From a virus (Duplodnaviria; Heunggongvirae; Uroviricota; Caudoviricetes): 30,156 bases of DNA. Shown piece by piece: positions 17,952-24,943 of this stretch (its first letter is position 1; every line of letters starts with the position of its first letter). Made by a program: the position numbers and the translations under genes. The stretch lies in the IMG/VR virus record IMGVR_UViG_3300048587_000389, positions 64,001-94,156 of that record. One strand, 5' to 3'. Under the pieces are notes generated by a model, which was given only the letters and a program-made list of their open reading frames with translations, did no database searches and had not been told where the DNA came from.

Positions 17952-18326
17952 ATGGTTGAAGCCCAACAGATAGGTACGCTATACCAAAAACTGGCTAAAG
18001 AGCATGATGAATATCGTACTCTGTTGGGCGCAACCCTTCATGGAAATGAACCTGCGAGTCTAACAGAAAGAATTGACAGACTTGCATTCCATGTCATTGA
18101 AGAGATTATAGAGATGCGAAGAACTTATCCTCATAAGTTTTGGCGCAAATCAGAAGAAGATGTGAAAGTTGAAGAAATGCTTGAAGAAGCAGCAGACATC
18201 TTCTTAATGATGAGATCAATGATTGCAGAAGTATGCACAGTTGCAGGAATAAATGAACAAGATTTCTTACAATGTGTGTTAGACAAAATTACAAAGAATA
18301 AAGGGAGGATTCAAAATGGATACTAA
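17952..18326 (+). CDS. all-alpha NTP pyrophosphatase (dimeric dUTPase / dCTPase-like)
   Basis: EEIIE..HKFW..EEAADI acidic motifs of the MazG/dUTPase-2/T4 gp56 superfamily. Confidence 0.7.
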   Translation: MVEAQQIGTLYQKLAKEHDEYRTLLGATLHGNEPASLTERIDRLAFHVIEEIIEMRRTYPHKFWRKSEEDVKVEEMLEEAADIFLMMRSMIAEVCTVAGINEQDFLQCVLDKITKNKGRIQNGY

Positions 18327-19008
18327 CATTGGTTTATTCAATAGACAAGACGGTATTATTCGTCCAGACGAATTACCCAAGCATGTAATGATTGTCGGCG
18401 CTGGAGGAATTGGTTCATGGACAGCACTAGCATTTGCAAAAATGGGTGCACAAAAGATTACGATTGTAGACTTTGACGATATAGAAGACGTTAATGTAGC
18501 ACCACAATTCTACAGACTTTCTGACATTGGCAAGAAAAAAGGAGAAGTCCTTAAGCAACGCATCAATGAAGAAATGGGCAAAGAGATTTGTGAATACATT
18601 GATGGAAGATGGGAGAATCTCGCGGTAGGAATGCCGGAGTATATAAGTGCCACAGATGTTGAGGTACTCGTAATGGCAGTTGATTCGATGGACATTCGCA
18701 TCAAGATATTCAATGACATAAAGTATGTCGGATTGAGTCTCATTATTGATGGCCGCATGGCTAAAGAACAACTCGAAATATTCGCTGTCAAAATGACAGA
18801 CCAAGAAGCAGTTCAGTATTATCAAAAGTATCTCTATCCTTCTTCGGAAGTAGAAGAGATAGCATGTACAGAACGCGCAGTGGCTTACAATCAGTTTGTC
18901 ATTGCAGGTTTAATTGGAGCTCTACTTAAACACTACGCTAAGGGAGAGCTTGAGACCAAACACTTGTTGTTTGATTTAGTCTCATTTATATGCGTAGAGA
19001 AAAATTAA
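18316..19008 (+). CDS. ThiF/E1-like ubiquitin-like-protein activating enzyme
   Basis: FNRQ, GAGGIGS, DFDDIEDVN..Q, KK, AVDS and DGRM motifs; candidate catalytic Cys in EIACTER; RBS ggagg. Confidence 0.88.
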   Translation: MDTNIGLFNRQDGIIRPDELPKHVMIVGAGGIGSWTALAFAKMGAQKITIVDFDDIEDVNVAPQFYRLSDIGKKKGEVLKQRINEEMGKEICEYIDGRWENLAVGMPEYISATDVEVLVMAVDSMDIRIKIFNDIKYVGLSLIIDGRMAKEQLEIFAVKMTDQEAVQYYQKYLYPSSEVEEIACTERAVAYNQFVIAGLIGALLKHYAKGELETKHLLFDLVSFICVEKN

Positions 19009-19022
19009 TGAAAGGAGGACCT

Positions 19023-19286
19023 ATGCGTCCAGGTGCCCGTCGCCGCTCTCAAGAAGAAGAGAGTACACTACTCCGCGTATCAGTGGTTCGGTTCGGAGGC
19101 CGCCCAGTAACAGTCGAGTTCGATGAAGACGAAGAGCTCACAGTTGAAGAGGCAGTCGAACAAGCAGGATTTACTATCAAAGAGCGTGATCACGTAACTG
19201 TAAACGGTCAAGAGGCAGAAGGTGATGACATCGTCGAAGACGGTGATCAAATCGTTCTCTCCTCACGTATGCAGGGTGGTCGATAA
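19023..19286 (+). CDS. ubiquitin-like beta-grasp protein (ThiS/MoaD-like) ending in GG-R
   Basis: RBS aaggagg before ATG 19023. Beta-grasp pattern LRVSVVRFG..TVEEAVEQAG..VTVNG..VEDGDQIVL; C-terminus MQGGR. Confidence 0.85.
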   Translation: MRPGARRRSQEEESTLLRVSVVRFGGRPVTVEFDEDEELTVEEAVEQAGFTIKERDHVTVNGQEAEGDDIVEDGDQIVLSSRMQGGR

Positions 19287-19307
19287 ATCATAAATAGGAG
19301 GGAGATC

Positions 19308-20204
19308 ATGTCACAAAGCATTTTAAGAACTACGAGAATGATACGACAGATTTTAGAAGACAAAGACGTACTACCAAAACGTGCTTGGTCTCCCTCCTTT
19401 GATTTTCGTTTTACAGCAAGAGAAGACTTTGCCAAGAAGATTATCAACACAGTAATTGCGGATGTCAGTATCCTTGAACACAGACGGAATGAGATCGGAA
19501 CGAGTGTTAATTTGTTACAAGATGAAGTACGTAGAAAGCGCAAAGAGCTAGAAGATACTGAGAAAAGATTAGAGGCGGTAAAGTCTTCTTTTTCTGTAGA
19601 AGGAAAGCAACAAGAAATAGACAGAATCATGAGCAACTTGCTCATTCAGGGTTACGAATTCAGAGACCCAGCAGTGACAATCTTTACCACTGAGTTTTTG
19701 CGTAAGGAGAACATTATATTAGGAGTCTTCCGTATATGGATAGACTGGTCAAAGCGTAACGCAAGTGAAGCATTGGCAATCATAAATGTGTATAAGGGAG
19801 CAGGTCACAATGATCATCCATGCTTGAGTAATGGAAGATTATGTCTTGGAAACTTCAGCACTCCGCTTGAAGCAGCATACAAAGAAAAGAATCTTTTCGT
19901 TCTTTTAGAAACGGTTATGGCTTTTCTTGCGCAAGAGAATCCCCCATCAGGTTACTACCATTCATGGGCAGAATGGAATAGAAGCACAGCAAAAAGAGAT
20001 AAAAACTTTGACTTCTCATCTTATGGCATTAGACCAGGAGATGTAGATAGAAGAGTACAAGAAAGACTGATGCAACAAACATGGTATCAGCATGCTAACA
20101 TACAAGCCTATGAAGGTGCAGCAACAACTGCGCCACAACGAGTGACATCATTCACATACACAACATCGTACGGTTCGGATGATGATAGTAACGTACCATT
20201 CTAA
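19308..20204 (+). CDS. prokaryotic E2-like conjugating enzyme with N-terminal coiled coil
   Basis: UBC-like HP..G..CLG motif (DHPCLSNGRLCLGN); lies between Ubl and JAB; RBS aggagg. Confidence 0.68.
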   Translation: MSQSILRTTRMIRQILEDKDVLPKRAWSPSFDFRFTAREDFAKKIINTVIADVSILEHRRNEIGTSVNLLQDEVRRKRKELEDTEKRLEAVKSSFSVEGKQQEIDRIMSNLLIQGYEFRDPAVTIFTTEFLRKENIILGVFRIWIDWSKRNASEALAIINVYKGAGHNDHPCLSNGRLCLGNFSTPLEAAYKEKNLFVLLETVMAFLAQENPPSGYYHSWAEWNRSTAKRDKNFDFSSYGIRPGDVDRRVQERLMQQTWYQHANIQAYEGAATTAPQRVTSFTYTTSYGSDDDSNVPF

Positions 20205-20213
20205 GGAGGACAC

Positions 20214-20939
20214 ATGAAAGTAATTCTTTCGCCATTAGCACATCTGAAAATGAAATACTACATAGACAACATAGGCTATGAGATTTCAGGAGTAGGTCTT
20301 GTTGAGAAACGACCAGGTGGAATTCTTTATGTGCCAGATCTCTTCTTAATCAAGCAAGAAGTAACAGGAGTAGAGACAACTTTAGATGAAAAATCACTCC
20401 ACGAATTCATGCTTGAGAAAATGCAAGACGAAAACTTTCCAGTAGAGAATCTTAAGTTGTGGTGGCACTCACATGTCAACATGGCAGTCTTCTGGTCCGG
20501 TGTAGATGTGGCCACAAGAAATACTTTAGACACAGATCAAGGTGAAGAAAACTGGTGGCTTTCTATTGTTGGCAACAAAAAGGGCGAGACAAAAGCTTGT
20601 CTTGATGTGTTCCAACCACACAGACTAATTATGGACGATATTCCAGTTGAAGTCGGTGGCATGTTTGAACTAGAAGATGCTATCAAGCTTGAAATTGAAG
20701 AAAAAGTCACTGTGAAGTATACACAGCCAGCAGACAAAACACCATCTATACCCCCATACAGCAATTCACAAGATTTTCACGGATTTAAGGGACAATCTCG
20801 AGACATTGATTTTGGTGATGAAGATTATGACATGCCACTTCATGACGTTGGAGATGCGGGTTTTAGAAGAACACAAAATGGTATATACTTACCTAAGAAG
20901 AATAAAAAGCTGAAAAAGCGCAACAATAGAGTTTTATAA
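20214..20939 (+). CDS. JAB/MPN+ metallopeptidase (Ubl-processing / deconjugating)
   Basis: Catalytic Glu in YEISG and WWHSHVNMAVFWSGVD (H-x-H-x7-S-x2-D); RBS aaggagg. Confidence 0.88.
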   Translation: MKVILSPLAHLKMKYYIDNIGYEISGVGLVEKRPGGILYVPDLFLIKQEVTGVETTLDEKSLHEFMLEKMQDENFPVENLKLWWHSHVNMAVFWSGVDVATRNTLDTDQGEENWWLSIVGNKKGETKACLDVFQPHRLIMDDIPVEVGGMFELEDAIKLEIEEKVTVKYTQPADKTPSIPPYSNSQDFHGFKGQSRDIDFGDEDYDMPLHDVGDAGFRRTQNGIYLPKKNKKLKKRNNRVL

Positions 20940-20948
20940 GGAGCATTC

Positions 20949-21875
20949 ATGAAAATACTCATAACAGGTGGAGCAGGTTTTTTAGGATCACTATTGGCAG
21001 AAGAACTTGCTGTCATGGACCACGATATTGTTGTGGTTGACAACTTAATGTATGGCGCAGAGGAGAACGTTCCAAAGATGTCGAATGTCATTTTCGTCAA
21101 GAAAGACATCAGACAACAGGACACATGGAACTATCTCAAAATGTATGGCAACTTTGATATTGTCTATCATTTTGCAGCACCATCATCAATCACACTCTTC
21201 AAACAAGATTTAGCAGGATGTTTAGATGACACAATCACTACATTTATTCATGCACTTAATTTCTGTGCAAAAACAGGAGCTCGTTTAGTGTATCCCTCAA
21301 CAGGAAGCTTATATGCTGGTGTTGATGGAGAGCAGACAGAAAATGCTGAAATTGATCTAAGCAGACTTAACGAATACGCCAAAGGAAAATGGGCACTAGA
21401 AAATATACAACTTGCTTATCAAGATGTAGTTGAAATTCTCGGTCTCAGAATCTTTGCAACATTTGGTGAAAGAGAAGAGCACAAAGGTGATTTTGCAAGT
21501 GTAGTATACATGTTTGCAAAGCAAATTCTTAATGGTGAGAAGCCTGTCATCTGGGGTGACGGTAAACAAAAAAGAGATTTCATCTATCAGGACGATGTGA
21601 TAAGCACGATCATTGATCTTTCAATGAGAGAGCACGAAGGTATCTACAATATCGGATCGGGCACGAATGTCTCATTTAATGATGTGATCAAAGCAATCAG
21701 TGATGTGTTGGAGAAAGAAGTAGAAGTAGAATATGTTGACAAACCACAGAACTACCTCGAAACTACAAAAGCAGACACTACACTTTTGCGTTATGCATTT
21801 GATAGTCATGATCTTGAATGGCAGGCGGGTAGTTTCAAAGATGGAGTTGCAAAAATGCTGGAGGCAATGAAATGA
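20949..21875 (+). CDS. NAD-dependent NDP-sugar epimerase/dehydratase (extended SDR, RfaD/HldD-like motifs)
   Basis: TGGAGFLGS, YAKGK (YxxxK), REEHKGDFASV, GDGKQKRDFIY and GIYNIGSG motifs. Confidence 0.88.
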   Translation: MKILITGGAGFLGSLLAEELAVMDHDIVVVDNLMYGAEENVPKMSNVIFVKKDIRQQDTWNYLKMYGNFDIVYHFAAPSSITLFKQDLAGCLDDTITTFIHALNFCAKTGARLVYPSTGSLYAGVDGEQTENAEIDLSRLNEYAKGKWALENIQLAYQDVVEILGLRIFATFGEREEHKGDFASVVYMFAKQILNGEKPVIWGDGKQKRDFIYQDDVISTIIDLSMREHEGIYNIGSGTNVSFNDVIKAISDVLEKEVEVEYVDKPQNYLETTKADTTLLRYAFDSHDLEWQAGSFKDGVAKMLEAMK

Positions 21876-22399
21876 GTAAACAACAAGTCATAATTATTGA
21901 GGGTATAGACATGGTCGGCAAAACGTCGATCATTAGAGAGCTCTCAAAAACGTTGAACATCCCAGCTTACAAAGAAATTCGTGAAGAAAAGTGGTATGAT
22001 CATAACATAGACTTGCTCTATGCAGAAGAGGCTCGCATCCAGATGCTTGAGCAAATTGGCTTTAGCATTATCTTTGACAGGTCTTATCCGAGTGAATGGG
22101 CTTATGCTCATGCTTATGAGCGCAAAACAATTCCTGAAAGAATTTTAGAGCTCGACAAAAGGTATGCTACATTAGGCACCAAGATAATCTACCTATACAA
22201 GTCACCAGAGTACTTTCAGCAAGATAAGACAAATCTCATAGATTTTAGTAAGTATTCGAGAATTGATGAGCGGTATAGAGAGTTCTTGCTCTTCAAAACT
22301 AAGTGTGACTACATGTTCTTAGATACATCTGATCAGAACATACACTCACAGGTAGAATCTATCTGTGACTTTCTTAATATCATAAAGGAGGAAGAATGA
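21872..22399 (+). CDS. deoxynucleoside monophosphate kinase (thymidylate kinase-like)
   Basis: IIEGIDMVGKTS P-loop and FDRS motif. Confidence 0.82.
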   Translation: MSKQQVIIIEGIDMVGKTSIIRELSKTLNIPAYKEIREEKWYDHNIDLLYAEEARIQMLEQIGFSIIFDRSYPSEWAYAHAYERKTIPERILELDKRYATLGTKIIYLYKSPEYFQQDKTNLIDFSKYSRIDERYREFLLFKTKCDYMFLDTSDQNIHSQVESICDFLNIIKEEE

Positions 22400-23361
22400 C
22401 AATAGGAATTTACAAACCATTCAAACCACTTTACTTTGTTGATGACACTTTAGATAATGCGGCATGGTCGTATGAGATCGTGCACATGTCTCAAATCTTA
22501 GCAGATCAAGGACATAGTGTCTACATTTTAAGTGAGAATGATTTGAATGATGACGAATCTGATTACTTCCAAGACAAAAACATCTTGGATGCATCAAAAA
22601 TGATATGGGATGACGAACAGTTTGTGTTTGACCGCATCATTATCTGGTGTGGCAGCTTTCAACTAGACAAGATTGGTGATGAAATTATCCCATTTTTCAA
22701 AGCACACACTCCACGACTAGATTTCTTTTTGACAGACAAAAAACTTATTCCTGAGACGATCGAGTATCTCTACATGTTTGACAACATCTATGTCCAGAGC
22801 ACTCTTCCGATCTACACACAAGATGATAAGTTTGGCGCATTAGGAGAGCTACTCCCTTACAAACATGAATGGACTAGAACAGTAGATGAAGCAATAGCAA
22901 GCAAGACGACTGAATTTTACTTTGGCGGCACAGAAAGAGATCGTTTAGACGACTTCTTAGAATATGTGTGGAGACCTGGACATCTAGTAACTACAAAGAG
23001 CCAGTTCCTTGGCATTGAGAATCGTATTGATCGCAACAAGTTCAAAGAAACTCTTGATACTGCAAAATACAGTGTAGTCATCACAGATGTGGTAAATAAT
23101 GAAGTTCACTTCATCTCACCTCGTCCTTACGAGCTCTACATGCATGACATTGTAGCTTTCTTTGATTACAAGTACGATGCTGATGAACACTTCTGCAGTA
23201 AAGATGATTGGCGAAGAGTACACAACTACAAAGAGTTGCGCACAAAGATGAATTATCTCAATGAAAATCCAGAATACTACAAGCAAATTCTTGAACATCA
23301 ACGAGCGCAGATTACACAAGATCTCATTGATGGCTCTTATGTGTACTCGATGACTAAATAG
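22396..23361 (+). CDS. GT-B fold DNA glycosyltransferase, T4 beta-glucosyltransferase-like
   Basis: Segments FLTDKKL, FYFGGTER and FISPRPYE..DIVAFFDYKYD..VHNYKEL..MNYL parallel remembered T4 BGT segments (LFTDIRL, IYGGSFR, FITLRVWE..IDEEFD..VNNRAEL..VNEL). Confidence 0.72.
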   Translation: MTIGIYKPFKPLYFVDDTLDNAAWSYEIVHMSQILADQGHSVYILSENDLNDDESDYFQDKNILDASKMIWDDEQFVFDRIIIWCGSFQLDKIGDEIIPFFKAHTPRLDFFLTDKKLIPETIEYLYMFDNIYVQSTLPIYTQDDKFGALGELLPYKHEWTRTVDEAIASKTTEFYFGGTERDRLDDFLEYVWRPGHLVTTKSQFLGIENRIDRNKFKETLDTAKYSVVITDVVNNEVHFISPRPYELYMHDIVAFFDYKYDADEHFCSKDDWRRVHNYKELRTKMNYLNENPEYYKQILEHQRAQITQDLIDGSYVYSMTK

Positions 23362-23372
23362 GATTGTACAAA

Positions 23373-23945
23373 ATGACACTTCAGGAATATAATAAACTCA
23401 TATTCAAAGAGTTAAAAGATAAATACGGGTACAATGTCGTAGGGTTCTTCAACGGCAACAAGATTTTTATTGTTGGCCAGAATCCAGGCAACCCAATGAC
23501 TGAAGAGCAGAAGGAAGAAACAAACTGGTTGATGTCTTTAGAAGATTTCGATGAAGTAGAAAGACACACTTCTGAGACATACAAGAGCACTTTATTCGGT
23601 AACTATGTGGATAAAGTAATAGGCGGTAGATGGGATATAGTATCCTTTAGCAACATAGTTAAAGTTCCTACAGCGGCCAACTCAGAGCCTACGAAAGAAC
23701 TCATAGATGAACAGTTTCCGATGCTTCTTAAACAAATAGAGTATGTTCAGCCTAGACTGATTCTCTTGTTTGGCAAGTTTGCAGGAAAAATGTTTGGAAT
23801 CAATAACTTTTACGGAGCAGGCATCTACAAAGGGAGTCACACTCTCTTATTGCCACACCCTTCATGGGTAATGCGCCAAGGAAAAGCTAAAGAAAAAGAA
23901 GAAATAGAAGCGGCCCAAAAGGTGCTTACTTATATAGAAGTATAG
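23373..23945 (+). CDS. uracil-DNA glycosylase superfamily protein (family-4-like motifs)
   Basis: IVGQNPG, SNIVK, LLFGKFA and LPHPS motifs; ATG 23373 with agga RBS. Confidence 0.75.
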   Translation: MTLQEYNKLIFKELKDKYGYNVVGFFNGNKIFIVGQNPGNPMTEEQKEETNWLMSLEDFDEVERHTSETYKSTLFGNYVDKVIGGRWDIVSFSNIVKVPTAANSEPTKELIDEQFPMLLKQIEYVQPRLILLFGKFAGKMFGINNFYGAGIYKGSHTLLLPHPSWVMRQGKAKEKEEIEAAQKVLTYIEV

Positions 23946-23952
23946 GAGGATT

Positions 23953-24942
23953 ATGTTGCATACGTATAGTGGTGTGAATCTTCAGGACATGTTCAAAACA
24001 GCTTTGTACGAACTTATGACTGAAGGAATGGTTGCATCTCCAAGAGGGATGGAAACAAAAGAGCTTACTCCAGTAGTTTTTGAAGTGAAGAACATTCTCT
24101 CTAGAATGATCTCATTAAAGAGCCGCAAAATGAATCCCTTCTACGGTATCATTGAAACTCTTTGGTACATGAATGGAGACAATGATGTTAAGCGCCTCAC
24201 TCCATACAACAAAGCTATGGCTAACTTCTCAGATGACGGCAATATCTTAGCTGGAGCATACGGAGAGCGATTAGTTGGCAAGAACAGAGAACTAGACAAA
24301 TCACAATTTGGTTTAGTGTACGACAAACTCACAAAAGATCCATCAAGTAGACAAGCAATTGCTATTATTTGGGATCCTTGGAGAGATTATGCCCCAACAA
24401 AAGATGTTCCATGTACAGTAGGATTCATGTTTACGATTCGTAATGAGAAATTGAACATGACTACAATAATGCGTTCCAACGATATTGTTCTCGGCACAAC
24501 TTATGATGTCTTTGCATTCACTATCTTTCAAGAGTTCTTGGCTCGTAAATTAGGTGTGGGACTCGGTACTTATACTCACTTAGCTAATTCATTCCACATT
24601 TATTCAAACCACTATGACAAAGCATGGGAAATGATCAAGGACAACACTCCTGCAGTACTCATGCCTGAGATGCCAGATACAAGTTGGAAAACATTCAATG
24701 AGCTTTATGACTTTGAGCGAAGACTCATCACTGACGAAATTGATTTGACTACAGCTCAGCAAGAAATAGAATTCATTGTTGATGCTCATGATGGCAATCA
24801 GTATTGGGCAGACTGGGCAAGAATGCTTGCGCTCCACAAAGCTATTAAGCTTGGTGATACAGAAAAAGTTGGCACATTCTACTCTGCACTACACAGTTCA
24901 TATCAAGCTATGACCCTTCCATGGGTAGAGAAACTCATCTAA
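23953..24942 (+). CDS. thymidylate-synthase-fold pyrimidine hydroxymethylase, probably dCMP hydroxymethylase
   Basis: YGERL, SSRQA, catalytic PC, RSNDIVLGTTYD (Asp at the substrate-specificity position) and SFHIY motifs. Confidence 0.78.
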   Translation: MLHTYSGVNLQDMFKTALYELMTEGMVASPRGMETKELTPVVFEVKNILSRMISLKSRKMNPFYGIIETLWYMNGDNDVKRLTPYNKAMANFSDDGNILAGAYGERLVGKNRELDKSQFGLVYDKLTKDPSSRQAIAIIWDPWRDYAPTKDVPCTVGFMFTIRNEKLNMTTIMRSNDIVLGTTYDVFAFTIFQEFLARKLGVGLGTYTHLANSFHIYSNHYDKAWEMIKDNTPAVLMPEMPDTSWKTFNELYDFERRLITDEIDLTTAQQEIEFIVDAHDGNQYWADWARMLALHKAIKLGDTEKVGTFYSALHSSYQAMTLPWVEKLI

Positions 24943-24943
24943 T

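Noticed and set aside
18316-19286. Ordinary thiamine or molybdopterin biosynthesis pair (thiF/thiS, moeB/moaD)
   Set aside because: No thiG, moaE or other pathway genes; the neighbours are E2-like and JAB genes.
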